Below, piece by piece: positions 43,712 through 53,886 of a stretch of DNA of 64,000 nucleotides. Both the position numbers and the translations under genes were made by a program. Under the pieces are notes generated by a model. The model ran no database searches and was not told the origin of the DNA. It saw only the letters and a program-made list of their open reading frames with translations. The DNA is from Oscillospiraceae bacterium (lineage in GTDB: Bacteria > Bacillota > Clostridia > Oscillospirales > Oscillospiraceae). The first letter of the stretch is position 1. Every line of letters starts with the position of its first letter. The stretch covers positions 62-64,061 of the forward strand of contig WRJQ01000002.1 in the NCBI GenBank assembly GCA_009778485.1. Direction: 5' to 3'.

Positions 43712-45292
43712 ATGCCGTTTGTGCGTAACTTCCTTCTATTCAGCATCCTGCTGCCGATGCTGTGCGGCGTTGTGAGCCTGTCGCTAAAGCCGGGCGCGGC
43801 AAGGCGGTTGACTCTGGTTGCGTTTGCTGCAAATATCGCAATGTCCGCCGCGCTGCTTGCGCATATAATGTCGGCCGGCGAAGGATTCGTTTACAAGATG
43901 GGAGCATTCCCTGCTCCGTTCGGGAACGAGATGTATGCGGGCACGCTTGAGACTCTGATGGCTCTTGTTTTTTCGGCGATCATGCTTATGTCGGTCATTG
44001 GCGGCCGCGAGGACGTCGAGCGCGACGTCATTGCGAGGAAGCAGAGCTTCTTCTACCTTATGTCAAGCTTCCTGCTGGCGGCAATGCTGTCGATAATTTA
44101 CACGAACGACCTGTTCACCGGCTATGTCTTCATTGAGATTATCACGCTCACAGCATGTTCGATAATAGCGCTCAAAGAAGGCGGCAAACCTCTTGCCGCC
44201 ACAATGTCTTACCTCATAATGAGCCTTGTTGGCTCTGCGCTGCTCCTGCTGGCAATTGCTGTTATTTACAGCATTACCGGGCATTTGCTTGTGCCCGACC
44301 TGAGCCGGAGTATTGACGCGCTGATGCAGTCAGGCGACTACTACATACCGCTGGTGGTGGCGACAGGCCTGATGACTGCCGGAGTGGGTATAAAATGCGC
44401 GCTCTTCCCGTTCCATTCCTGGCTGCCGGACGCGCACGCTCATGCTACGACCTCAGCATCCTCGATCCTCTCCGGGTTGATAATCAAATGCTACCTTTTG
44501 CTGCTCGTGAAAGTGTATGCCCGCGTGTTCACGCTTGAGACAGTTGCGAGCCTCGGAGTCGGCCCGGTGCTTGTGGTTTTTGGAGTAGCGGGGCTGGTAT
44601 TCGGGTCGGTGACAGCAATCAGACAAAGGGACGTCAAGCAGATGCTCAGCTACTCGACGGTCTCGCAAGTGGGGTATATTTGCATAGCCATAGGCCTTGG
44701 CAGCAGGGCGGGCATGGCGGCTGCCTGTTTTCACATCATAGCTCACGCGGCGGCAAAGTCTATGCTCTTCACCGCCGCGGGAGGGCTCATCAGAGCAAGC
44801 GGACGCAAAAAGAGTTACGACGCATTGAGGGGCGCCGCGAGGCGGGACCCGGCCTCGGCAGCCGCGTTTATATGCGGATCGCTGGCCATGGTAGGCATAC
44901 CGCTCTTCTCGGGTTTCGTATCTAAGCTCTACACGTCTGCCGCCTCCGTCGGCACGCGATTTGAGTCTTCGGCGATACTTTCCGTCGTCGTAGTCAGCAC
45001 TGTGCTTAATGCCATGTGCTACTTCCCGGTTGTGGCGTGCATCCTCGCGAAGGCGCGGGACGCGGGCGGGGAGGAGCCATCTGCTGAAGCCGTGGCTTCG
45101 AAGCGCGCCGAAGCTCTCGAAACCGGCGCGGCAAGCGACTGCGCGGAGCCTCGCAGACAGGGCGCCCGCGCGTACGCCCCGGTAGGCCACAAGCCCTCCT
45201 ACGTTGTAACCCTCGCCGCGTTCATCATTATAAACCTCGGGCTTGGAATCATCTCCCAACCTGTTTTAGCGCTGATTGAGAAAGGTATTTGA
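43712..45292 (+). CDS. Antiporter-like subunit (MrpD / NuoN-NuoM family) 1
   Basis: Proton_antipo_M-type motifs: KCALFPFHSWLPDAHAHATTSASSILSG and AHAAAKSMLF. Confidence 0.7.
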   Translation: MPFVRNFLLFSILLPMLCGVVSLSLKPGAARRLTLVAFAANIAMSAALLAHIMSAGEGFVYKMGAFPAPFGNEMYAGTLETLMALVFSAIMLMSVIGGREDVERDVIARKQSFFYLMSSFLLAAMLSIIYTNDLFTGYVFIEIITLTACSIIALKEGGKPLAATMSYLIMSLVGSALLLLAIAVIYSITGHLLVPDLSRSIDALMQSGDYYIPLVVATGLMTAGVGIKCALFPFHSWLPDAHAHATTSASSILSGLIIKCYLLLLVKVYARVFTLETVASLGVGPVLVVFGVAGLVFGSVTAIRQRDVKQMLSYSTVSQVGYICIAIGLGSRAGMAAACFHIIAHAAAKSMLFTAAGGLIRASGRKKSYDALRGAARRDPASAAAFICGSLAMVGIPLFSGFVSKLYTSAASVGTRFESSAILSVVVVSTVLNAMCYFPVVACILAKARDAGGEEPSAEAVASKRAEALETGAASDCAEPRRQGARAYAPVGHKPSYVVTLAAFIIINLGLGIISQPVLALIEKGI

Positions 45293-45297
45293 CCGGT

Positions 45298-46791
45298 ATG
45301 AGTGCGATCCTTCTGACATTGCCGATACTGCTGCCAATCGTTTTCGGAGTGCTGCTTACTGTATGCAAGCAACTCGGCTCCGGACCGCGCCGTGTTGTGA
45401 CTATCTCGGCGCTGCTGCTCAACGCGGCGCTCGTCTTTGCCGCGTACTTCGGGCCGGCCTCGAGCTTGACAGTTTTCCGGCTGGGCGAGAGGCTCCCTGT
45501 TTACCTCGCTGCCGATGGTATGGGAGGGTTTTTCTGCGCGCTCGCAGCCGTTATGTACCTGGCTGCCGGGCTCTTCTCGCAAAAGTATATGGAACACGAG
45601 AGCGACCCGGGCCGCTTCAACTCGTTTTTCCTCATCACGCTCGGTATGCTAAATGGTATGGGGCTTGCCGGGAACATGATCACTCTCTATCTGTTTTTCG
45701 AAGCATTGACACTGCTTTCTGTGCCGCTCGTTATGCACACGATGACGAAGGAGGCTGTGGCAGCGTCGTTCAAGTACCTGTTTTACTCGATTGCCGGTTC
45801 GTCGCTGGCGCTCGTCGGGCTCTTTTTCGTATATAACTATGGAGTCTCTCTGGAGTTCACGTCGGGGGGCGTGCTCGATTTAGGGAGGCTTGCAGGTAAC
45901 GAGAACGCCATGCTCATTGCGTCGATGCTGGCTGTGGTCGGCCTTGGCGCGAAAGCGGGAATGTTCCCGCTGCATGGCTGGCTGCCTTCAGCTCACCCGG
46001 TCGCGCCCTCCCCCGCAAGCGCGATACTCTCGGGTGTAATCACGAAAGCGGGCGTCCTTTGCATTATACGCTTTGTATTTTACCTGGTCGGCCCGGAGTT
46101 CCTGCGGGGAACATGGGTGCAGACGACTCTATTGATCCTCGCGCTGATAAGCATATTCATGGGGTCCATGCTCGCGTACAAGGAACCGCTGCTAAAAAAG
46201 CGGCTGGCCTATTCTTCGATCAGCCAGGTCAGCTATGTGCTTTTCGGCCTCTTCACTCTGACTGCCGGAGGCGCGCTGGGCGGGCTTTTGCACATAGTAA
46301 CGCACAGCATAGCTAAAGACGCCCTGTTCCTCGCGGCCGGCGCGCTTAGCTTCGTCACCGGGAAAACGGCAGTAGCGGATCTGCGCGGCGTTGGAAGAAA
46401 GATGCCGGTTGCGCTGTGGTGCTTCACATTGGCTGCCATAACGCTTATAGGGCTGCCCCCTACGGCCGGATTTCTGAGCAAATGGAACATTGCGGTCGGG
46501 TCGCTGTCAGCGGATATCGGCGTGTTTTCCTGGCTCGGGCCTGCGATTATCGTGCTCAGTGCGCTATTGACTGCAGGGTATCTGCTCCCGATATCCATAT
46601 CAGGCTTCTTCCCCGGAGAGGGAAATGAGTCATTCCCCGGCGAGGGAGAGGTGTCCTTCACCGGCGACCGCAAGGCCGGAGCGCTAATGCTCGCGCCGCT
46701 AATCGTCCTGGCCGCCCTGGCCATACTGGCAGGGGTCATCCCCAAGCACCTGGTTTCATTCTTCGAGGGCATAGTCAACGCATGGTTCTGA
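45298..46791 (+). CDS. Antiporter-like subunit (MrpD / NuoM family) 2
   Basis: KAGMFPLHGWLPSAHPVAPSPASAILSG and THSIAKDALFL. Confidence 0.7.
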   Translation: MSAILLTLPILLPIVFGVLLTVCKQLGSGPRRVVTISALLLNAALVFAAYFGPASSLTVFRLGERLPVYLAADGMGGFFCALAAVMYLAAGLFSQKYMEHESDPGRFNSFFLITLGMLNGMGLAGNMITLYLFFEALTLLSVPLVMHTMTKEAVAASFKYLFYSIAGSSLALVGLFFVYNYGVSLEFTSGGVLDLGRLAGNENAMLIASMLAVVGLGAKAGMFPLHGWLPSAHPVAPSPASAILSGVITKAGVLCIIRFVFYLVGPEFLRGTWVQTTLLILALISIFMGSMLAYKEPLLKKRLAYSSISQVSYVLFGLFTLTAGGALGGLLHIVTHSIAKDALFLAAGALSFVTGKTAVADLRGVGRKMPVALWCFTLAAITLIGLPPTAGFLSKWNIAVGSLSADIGVFSWLGPAIIVLSALLTAGYLLPISISGFFPGEGNESFPGEGEVSFTGDRKAGALMLAPLIVLAALAILAGVIPKHLVSFFEGIVNAWF

Positions 46792-46806
46792 AAGAGAGGT
46801 GAGGTG

Positions 46807-48654
46807 ATGGTAACGAGCCTGCATTTTCAAGTCGACGGATTCCGCATACTGTACATCAGCCTGACAGTACTCCTTTGGACGCTGTCGACGGTGTTCTCTG
46901 CGGACTATTTCGGGCGAGCGGGCGGAACAAGACGCTATCACCTATTCTCGGCGCTTACTCTAGCCTCCACAGTCTGCGTATTCCTCTCGGCAGACTTGCT
47001 GACGATGTTCATATTCTTTGAAATAATGTCGATAGCCTCTTACCCGATGGTTGCGCATGAGAAAACCCCCAAGGCGCTGCGAGCCGCAGAAACATACCTT
47101 GCGGTTTCGCTGATAGGCGGCATGGCGACGCTCATGGGGCTGTTCATGCTGAACAGCCTGGCCGGCACGCTGGAGATAGCCCGGCTGAAAGACGCCTGCG
47201 CCGCAGTCGCGGGCAAGCCGGGGCTCTACGTCGCCGGAGCGCTTGTGATTACGGGCTTTGGAGCAAAGGCCGGCATTTTCCCGCTGCATTTCTGGCTCCC
47301 AAAGGCGCACCCGGCCGCCCCGGCGCCCGCAAGCGCGCTACTGTCAGGTATTCTGACTAAGTGCGGGGTCTTCGGCGTTATCCTCATAAGCTGCGAAGTG
47401 TTCCGCGCGGATGCTGATTGGGGAATAGCTCTGTTAATAATCGGAGTAGCCACGATGCTCATAGGCGCGGCGACTGCTCTTTTTTCCGTCGACATGAAAA
47501 AGCTGCTCGCCTGTTCATCCGTTTCGCAGATAGGCTTTATCACAACCGGCATCGCAATGCAAAACATACTTGCAGAGCATGGGGGTTTGGCAGTACGCGG
47601 CACGATACTCCACATGGTCAACCACTCGCTTTTTAAAATCGTCCTCTTCATAGTTGCAGGAGTTGTGTACAAAGGCAAGCATTCCGTCGACCTCAACGAT
47701 ATACGCGGTTTTGCCCGGGGGAAGCCGGTCTTCGCCGCAACGTTCCTGACTGCAGCGGCAGGGATAGCGGGCTTGCCGCTCTTCAGCGGCTATATCAGCA
47801 AGACGCTGCTGCACGAGAGCATACTCGAAGGCATTCATACGCTTCCGCAGGGGCAGGCCGCGCACGGTATACTGCAAGCAGCGGAAATCCTATTCATTAT
47901 CGCGGGCGGCATGACCGTAGCATATATGTCGAAACTCGCGACTGCGCTTTTTAGCGCCGGCCCGGAGTATGACGGAGCAAAACGTATGAAACCCGCGACT
48001 GCTGCGGCGCTGATTGTGCCTGCCGTTATCATCCTTGCATCAGGCGTCGTCCACGCGCTGCCGGATGCGATAGCCGGAGCCGCTGAAGGGTTCATGCACG
48101 GACACCCTCCGGAGCATTCCGTCGCCTACTTCGACCCGGGCAATCTCAGCGGCGCGGCATACTCTCTCATCATAGGGTGCGCCATGTACTTCCTGCTGAT
48201 AAGGAAGCTCCTGATGAAAAAGGACGCAGACGGCGCTTCGAGATTCATTATGCCCGCATTTAAGCTCCCTGACCTTGAGGACGCCGTATACAGGCCCGTT
48301 ATTGCGGCATTTACTTCCATCGGCGCATTTGTTAGCCGGATCGCGGAGAGCCTGATGGACAGGTTTATTATACCTTCTGCGATTGCCCTGGGCGCGTTCT
48401 TCGCCCGTGTTGCGGAGGTACTGCTCGATGCACTGGTTTCCGCGCTGAAAAAGACCCTGCTGCGGCCTTTCAAACGCAGCAAGTTCCCCGGCAGATTCTT
48501 CGGAAAGTATTACAGCTTCGTCCGCCGCGAAGCCGGCAGACAGGCGCCGGAGCAGGTCGCGCGCTCGGGATTCTCCGTAAGCCTGCTCCTGCTTGGATTA
48601 GGCCTCAGCGCAATGCTGATCTACGCACTGGTAGTTATAATTGCGCACTCGTAA
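46807..48654 (+). CDS. Antiporter-like subunit (MrpA / NuoL family) 3, with a C-terminal amphipathic extension and a terminal TM
   Basis: KAGIFPLHFWLPKAHPAAPAPASALLSG and NHSLFKIVLF. There are about 130 extra C-terminal residues ending in a TM helix. Confidence 0.7.
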   Translation: MVTSLHFQVDGFRILYISLTVLLWTLSTVFSADYFGRAGGTRRYHLFSALTLASTVCVFLSADLLTMFIFFEIMSIASYPMVAHEKTPKALRAAETYLAVSLIGGMATLMGLFMLNSLAGTLEIARLKDACAAVAGKPGLYVAGALVITGFGAKAGIFPLHFWLPKAHPAAPAPASALLSGILTKCGVFGVILISCEVFRADADWGIALLIIGVATMLIGAATALFSVDMKKLLACSSVSQIGFITTGIAMQNILAEHGGLAVRGTILHMVNHSLFKIVLFIVAGVVYKGKHSVDLNDIRGFARGKPVFAATFLTAAAGIAGLPLFSGYISKTLLHESILEGIHTLPQGQAAHGILQAAEILFIIAGGMTVAYMSKLATALFSAGPEYDGAKRMKPATAAALIVPAVIILASGVVHALPDAIAGAAEGFMHGHPPEHSVAYFDPGNLSGAAYSLIIGCAMYFLLIRKLLMKKDADGASRFIMPAFKLPDLEDAVYRPVIAAFTSIGAFVSRIAESLMDRFIIPSAIALGAFFARVAEVLLDALVSALKKTLLRPFKRSKFPGRFFGKYYSFVRREAGRQAPEQVARSGFSVSLLLLGLGLSAMLIYALVVIIAHS

Positions 48655-48675
48655 ATTCGCACTAAAAACAAACGC

Positions 48676-48704
48676 TTTACAAACAACCGCAACTATGTTA
48701 GACT
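48676..48704 (+). promoter_or_regulatory. rpsO promoter
   Basis: TTTACA (48676-48681), 17 nt, TGtTAGACT (48699-48704). Confidence 0.5.
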
Positions 48705-48864
48705 TAGCGGCGTACGAATCATCCATGCGCTTAGTTTCAGGGCAAAGCCGGGGGGTACCCCGGTATCTTTTCCGCCTGATACCAGGCCATCGGGAGTTTG
48801 ATTTGAGCTGTCCGCCGAGGCAGGCAGAGCGGATGAAGATTCAAAGAAAAGAAAGGACAAAAAA
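48705..48864 (+). promoter_or_regulatory. Structured 5' leader of rpsO (candidate S15 autoregulatory element)
   Basis: 160 nt with hairpins CCGGGG-ggta-CCCCGG and GGTATC-N10-GATACC, and possible CCGCC/GGCGG-type long-range pairing. Confidence 0.35.
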
Positions 48865-49131
48865 ATGATTACCAAAGAACAGAAAAACGCAGTCATCGAA
48901 GACAACCGCACCCACGAGACGGACACCGGATCCCCGGAAGTACAGATCGCGATCCTCACGGAGCGCATCAAGCAGCTTACGGAGCACCTGAAAGTCCACA
49001 AGAAGGACAAACACAGCGAGCTTGGCCTGCTTAAGATGGTCGGCCGCCGCCGCAGCCAGCTCGATTACCTCGCGAAAAAAGACATCGAGCGCTACAGGGC
49101 ATGCATCGCCAAGCTTGGAATAAGAAGGTAG
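48865..49131 (+). CDS. rpsO: 30S ribosomal protein S15
   Basis: 88 aa: ...[49 protein letters not shown]. Confidence 0.95.
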   Translation: MITKEQKNAVIEDNRTHETDTGSPEVQIAILTERIKQLTEHLKVHKKDKHSELGLLKMVGRRRSQLDYLAKKDIERYRACIAKLGIRR

Positions 49132-49143
49132 GATGGAGAAGAA

Positions 49144-51261
49144 ATGATAATCCACAAAAGAGAGTTCACCAATGAAAGAAAGTACACAATCGACCTGGCA
49201 GGACGCCAACTGACGCTGGAAACAGGGAAACTGGCGGAACTGGCGAACGCCGCAGTACTGGTGAGATACGGCGAAACAGTCGTGCTGGTCGCCGCGACAG
49301 CCTCGCCAAGGCCGCGCGACGGCATCGACTTTTTCCCGCTGTCGGTAGACTTTGAAGAAAAGCTATACGCCGTCGGGCGTATACCCGGAGGCTTCCTGCG
49401 CCGCGAAGGCAGGCCGTCGGAGCGCGCAGTGCTCGCAGGGCGGATGATTGACAGGCCAATGCGCCCGCTGTTCCCGTCAGACCTGCGCAACGACGTAGTG
49501 CTGACATGCACGATCATGTCAGTCGACCACGACTGCTCGCCGGAAATAGCCGCCATGATCGGCGCATCCGCCGCAGTCTCGATATCCGACATTCCGTTTG
49601 ACGGCCCGATCGCAGGCGTGTCGCTCGGGTACCATGAAGGCAGCTACATCATCAACCCGACCTCAGCAGAGCGCGCGGTTTCGCAGATGTACTGCACCAT
49701 CGCCTCGACCGCAGGCAAAGTCGTGATGATAGAAGCCGCGGCAAATGAGATCCCCGACGATGTGATGCTCGAGGGCATCAAACAAGCCCACGCAGCGATA
49801 CAGCCGGTGATCTCGCTTATAAACCAAATGGTAGCAGAGATAGGAAAACCAAAGTTCGAGTATTCAAAAGCCACTTTCAACGAGGAACTCTTCGCGAAAA
49901 TCGTAGAGAAGTACCTCAGCGAAGTGGCTTATTCAATGGATACGGACGATAAGAACGTCCGTGAGGAACGGTATAACGCGGTTGTCGAAAAGCTGCTGCA
50001 GGACTTTGGCGAAGAATATCCGGAAATCAACGCGCAGCTTGAGGAAATAACCTACAGGATTCAAAAAAAGGTCGTAAAGGCCTGGCTGCTTGAAGGAAAG
50101 CGCGTGGATGGAAGGGCCATGGACGAGATACGCCCGATGGCCGCCGAAGTCGCGCTGCTGCCCCGCGTACACGGATCGGGCCTTTTCACCAGGGGCCAGA
50201 CCCAAGTGCTGTCGGTAGCTACGCTCAGCACGATTTCCGCAGCGCAGAAGCTTGATACGATATACGAGGAAGAGTCCAAGCGGTATATGCACCACTACAA
50301 CTTCCCGTCGTTCTCGGTCGGCGAGGCCAGAGGCTCCCGCTCGACGTCGCGGCGCGAGTACGGGCATGGCGCGCTTGCCGAAAAAGCTCTCGAACCGGTG
50401 CTGCCGAGCCTGGATGAGTTCCCGTACACGATCCGTGTCGTGTCGGAAGTCCTGTCCTCGAACGGCTCGACCTCTCAAGGCTCCATCTGCGGTTCGACGC
50501 TCGCCCTGATGGACGCGGGCGTGCCGATATCGGCGCCTGTCGCGGGCATCTCGTGCGGGCTCATCTCCGACGGAGACGACTGGACTACATTCGTAGACAT
50601 CCAGGGCGTCGAGGACTTCCATGGCGAGATGGATTTCAAAGTCGGCGGGACGAAAAAGGGCATTACTGCTATTCAAATGGACCTGAAGAACGACGGGCTG
50701 ATTATGCCTGTCATAGAGTCCGCTTTCAAGATCACGCAGGAAGCTCGCCTCGAGATCCTTGACCAGGTCATGCTGCCTGTAATCGACAAGCCGCGCTCCG
50801 AGCTTGCTCCTACAGCGCCGAAGATGATCATGATGAAGATCCACCCGGACAAGATAAGGGAAGTCATCGGGAGCGGCGGCAAGGTTATACAGAAAATATG
50901 CGCCGAAACCGGCGCAAGGGTGGATATAGAAGACGACGGAAGCATCTATATCGCTTCCACGGACATAGAGGCGTGCCGCGCAGCCAGGAAGATGATCGAC
51001 GATATTATCTTCGAGCCTGAGATCGGCGCGCTTTACTACGGGAAGGTCGTCAGGGTTATCCCAATCGGGGCGTTCGTAGAGCTTGCTCCCGGCAAGGACG
51101 GCATGGTCCACATCTCCAAGCTGGAGAACCGCCGCGTCGAGAAGGTCGAGGACGTCCTGAACGAGGGCGACATGACCTGGGTGAAGGTCATGGAGATTGA
51201 CGACCGCGGGCGCATCAACCTGTCGAGGAAAGACGCCCTGAGAGAGCGCGAAGGAAAGTAG
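49144..51261 (+). CDS. pnp: Polyribonucleotide nucleotidyltransferase (PNPase)
   Basis: 705 aa with two RNase PH domains (FPLSVDFEEKLYAVGRIPGGFLRREGRP; GSTSQGSICGSTLALMDAGVP) plus KH (GSGGKVIQKI) and S1 domains. Confidence 0.95.
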   Translation: MIIHKREFTNERKYTIDLAGRQLTLETGKLAELANAAVLVRYGETVVLVAATASPRPRDGIDFFPLSVDFEEKLYAVGRIPGGFLRREGRPSERAVLAGRMIDRPMRPLFPSDLRNDVVLTCTIMSVDHDCSPEIAAMIGASAAVSISDIPFDGPIAGVSLGYHEGSYIINPTSAERAVSQMYCTIASTAGKVVMIEAAANEIPDDVMLEGIKQAHAAIQPVISLINQMVAEIGKPKFEYSKATFNEELFAKIVEKYLSEVAYSMDTDDKNVREERYNAVVEKLLQDFGEEYPEINAQLEEITYRIQKKVVKAWLLEGKRVDGRAMDEIRPMAAEVALLPRVHGSGLFTRGQTQVLSVATLSTISAAQKLDTIYEEESKRYMHHYNFPSFSVGEARGSRSTSRREYGHGALAEKALEPVLPSLDEFPYTIRVVSEVLSSNGSTSQGSICGSTLALMDAGVPISAPVAGISCGLISDGDDWTTFVDIQGVEDFHGEMDFKVGGTKKGITAIQMDLKNDGLIMPVIESAFKITQEARLEILDQVMLPVIDKPRSELAPTAPKMIMMKIHPDKIREVIGSGGKVIQKICAETGARVDIEDDGSIYIASTDIEACRAARKMIDDIIFEPEIGALYYGKVVRVIPIGAFVELAPGKDGMVHISKLENRRVEKVEDVLNEGDMTWVKVMEIDDRGRINLSRKDALREREGK

Positions 51262-51272
51262 CCGGTAGAATT

Positions 51273-51316
51273 AAAAAGGGCGGGGTTCGAACTCAATGTC
51301 GAACCCCGCCCTTTTT
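51273..51316. terminator. Bidirectional rho-independent terminator
   Basis: AAAAAGGGCGGGGTTCGA-actcaatg-TCGAACCCCGCCCTTTTT. Confidence 0.85.
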
Positions 51317-51323
51317 AAAATCT

Positions 51324-52328
51324 TTATTTCTCTTTTCCGGCGTTGAGCAGGACTGCGACGATGATTATTATGCCCTGGATGATTTGCTGCGGGTAGGGAG
51401 GGACGCCGGTCAGCGTCATAATATTGCTGATCAGGGCGATAATGAACACGCCGACAATGGTTTTGCCGATCGTGCCCTTACCCCCGGCGAGAGAAGCCCC
51501 GCCAATTACGACCGCCGCAATAGCGTTCAGCTCGAACCCGCTGCCGACGCCCGGGGTTGCGATGCCGGCCCGGGCGGTTATGAGCACTCCAGCGACCCCG
51601 GCAAGGAAACCGCTGATAGTATAGGCGGAGAAAATGTACTTCTTAACGTTAATCCCGGCGAGCCGCGCTGCATCAGAATTGCTGCCGGTCGCGACAAGTA
51701 TTCTCCCGAAGGTCGTATACCTCATCAGGAACCAAAAGAATATGATGAAGACTATGACGATCCATGCGGTGTACGGGACGCCAAGCAGAGGGTCCCCGTT
51801 TTGGCCGAAGTAGAAGAAAGCGTGCCCGCCCTTATGCGCAACCGGGTCTACAGGAAGGCGGATCGGCGACCCGTATGTAATAACGTAAGCGATGCCGCGT
51901 ACGATAGTAGTCATGGCGAGGGTTACGATGAAAGGCGGCATTCTCAGCCAGGCGACGATCGCGCCGTTTACGCAGCCGACCACAGCTCCAACCGCGATGC
52001 CGACTATGATCGACAGGAGAACGCCGGATGGCGAGAAGAAGTTCAAGCTTGTGATAAAGTAGGCTACGCACACGTTGCTTATCGCCAAGATTGCGCCTGT
52101 CGACAAATCAATGCCTGAGGTTATGATAACGAGCATGGCTCCGATAGCCAGCAGCATCGCCGGCGACTGCTGCCGGAAGATGTTCATAATGTTCTGTTTT
52201 GAGAAGAACACAGGCGATAATATGCTTGATACGATAACCAGGCCGACAATAATCAAGTAAGCGCTGTTATCTTTCAGCAATCTTTTTTTATCAATTGGAT
52301 TTTTCGATACCTTTTGATCCATACCCAT
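51324..52328 (-). CDS. Sugar ABC transporter permease (RbsC/BPD_transp_2 type)
   Basis: 334 aa, about 10 TM segments, with TSGIDLSTGAILA motif. Confidence 0.8.
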   Translation of the reverse strand: MGMDQKVSKNPIDKKRLLKDNSAYLIIVGLVIVSSILSPVFFSKQNIMNIFRQQSPAMLLAIGAMLVIITSGIDLSTGAILAISNVCVAYFITSLNFFSPSGVLLSIIVGIAVGAVVGCVNGAIVAWLRMPPFIVTLAMTTIVRGIAYVITYGSPIRLPVDPVAHKGGHAFFYFGQNGDPLLGVPYTAWIVIVFIIFFWFLMRYTTFGRILVATGSNSDAARLAGINVKKYIFSAYTISGFLAGVAGVLITARAGIATPGVGSGFELNAIAAVVIGGASLAGGKGTIGKTIVGVFIIALISNIMTLTGVPPYPQQIIQGIIIIVAVLLNAGKEK

Positions 52329-52354
52329 TCATACCTCTAGTCGACTGCAGTGCT

Positions 52355-53848
52355 CTATACTTCCATGGAATATTTGATAAGGTTTTGCTCAGTCAGCTCG
52401 TCTTTGCCCAGTTCGCCTGTTATACGGCCGTTGCGGATAACGGCGACACGGTCGCACATGCCAATAATTTCAGGCATTTCCGACGAGACCATTACGACCC
52501 CGTAGCCTTCAGCCACGAGCTCGTTGATAATCTTGTAGATTTCTATCTTTGCGCCGACATCGACGCCCCGGGTCGGCTCATCGAAGAAAAGGATCTTGCT
52601 ATCGGCGCCGAGCATCTTTGATATCGATACCTTCTGCTGATTGCCTCCCGACAGGCTGGAGCAGGGGTTCGTCAACGCTCCGATTTTTATCTGCAGTTTC
52701 TCTACGAGGTCGCTGCCGAACTTGCGTTCCCTCCTGGCCTTGATTATGCCGGCCTTCGCTGATACTTTGTTCAAGCAAGTGACCGTCATGTTGTGCAGGA
52801 TAGGCAGGTCAAGAAAAACACCCTGAGCTTTTCGATCCTCCGGCAGCAGGGAGACGCCCGCTTTTCGCGCGTCTATGGTCGAACGGATTTTCGTTTCCTT
52901 ACCGTCGATGTAGATTTTTCCGCTATCACGCTTCAGCTCGCCCAGTATTGCCATGAGAGTCTCTGTCCTGCCCGCGCCGACAAGGCCGGATAGGCCGAAA
53001 ACCTCACCGGCCCTGACATTGAAACTGACGTCATTTACTACTTTCCCACTGCTTAGGTTCCTGACTTCGAAAACTACATCTCCGATGCGGCGCTCGCGCT
53101 CAGGGAAGTAGCTTGCCAGGTCCCTGCCAATCATCATGCTGACGACTTCGCTTTCTGTGACGTCGCCTGTGTTGACAGTGCTCACGTTATGCCCGTCCCT
53201 GAGCACGGAAATCCTGTCGCTGATCGAGAAAACCTCGTTCATCCTGTGCGAGATGTAGATAACAGAAACGCCCTCATCCCTGAGTTTCTTCAACAACTCG
53301 AACAACTGCTGCGTCTCAAAAGTTGAGAGCATAGCTGTCGGCTCGTCGAGGACGAGGATTTTGCAGTTGCGTGACAGAGCCTTGCAAATCTCTACGATCT
53401 GGCAATGCGCTATGGAGATATCCTTGACTTTAGACCTCGGCGAAACTACTCCGAAGCCGAGGCGGTCCAGTATTTCCTGAGTATCTACATAAAGCTTCTT
53501 CCAACTGATGAGTTTCCTCTTTGACTCATTCAGCTTGTCGATGAACACATTCTCGGCAACCGTGACTTCCGGCATCAGGGCAAACTCCTGATATATGACG
53601 GAAACGCCCCTATCGATGCCGTCCTTGGGGTTCCTCATATGCGCTTGTTCATCGTCGATAAAGATTTGCCCGGCATCCGGCAGATGGGCGCCGGCAAGTA
53701 TTTTCATTAGCGTAGACTTGCCCGCGCCGTTCTCGCCGACTAGCGCATGTATCTCGCCCCGCTTCACGTGAAGCGAAACGTCGCCAAGCGCAGTAACTCC
53801 GCCGAAGCGCTTTGTGATGTTTGTCATGCTGAGGCGGTGCTGTTCCAT
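52355..53848 (-). CDS. Sugar ABC transporter ATP-binding protein (tandem NBDs, RbsA/MglA type)
   Basis: Two NBDs: GENGAGKSTLMKILAG / LVLDEPTA and GLVGAGRTE / LSGGNQQK / LFFDEPTRGVD. Confidence 0.85.
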   Translation of the reverse strand: MEQHRLSMTNITKRFGGVTALGDVSLHVKRGEIHALVGENGAGKSTLMKILAGAHLPDAGQIFIDDEQAHMRNPKDGIDRGVSVIYQEFALMPEVTVAENVFIDKLNESKRKLISWKKLYVDTQEILDRLGFGVVSPRSKVKDISIAHCQIVEICKALSRNCKILVLDEPTAMLSTFETQQLFELLKKLRDEGVSVIYISHRMNEVFSISDRISVLRDGHNVSTVNTGDVTESEVVSMMIGRDLASYFPERERRIGDVVFEVRNLSSGKVVNDVSFNVRAGEVFGLSGLVGAGRTETLMAILGELKRDSGKIYIDGKETKIRSTIDARKAGVSLLPEDRKAQGVFLDLPILHNMTVTCLNKVSAKAGIIKARRERKFGSDLVEKLQIKIGALTNPCSSLSGGNQQKVSISKMLGADSKILFFDEPTRGVDVGAKIEIYKIINELVAEGYGVVMVSSEMPEIIGMCDRVAVIRNGRITGELGKDELTEQNLIKYSMEV

Positions 53849-53886
53849 AAAACTCCGCAGCGCTGATTTAGCGCTGTAACCGACCG

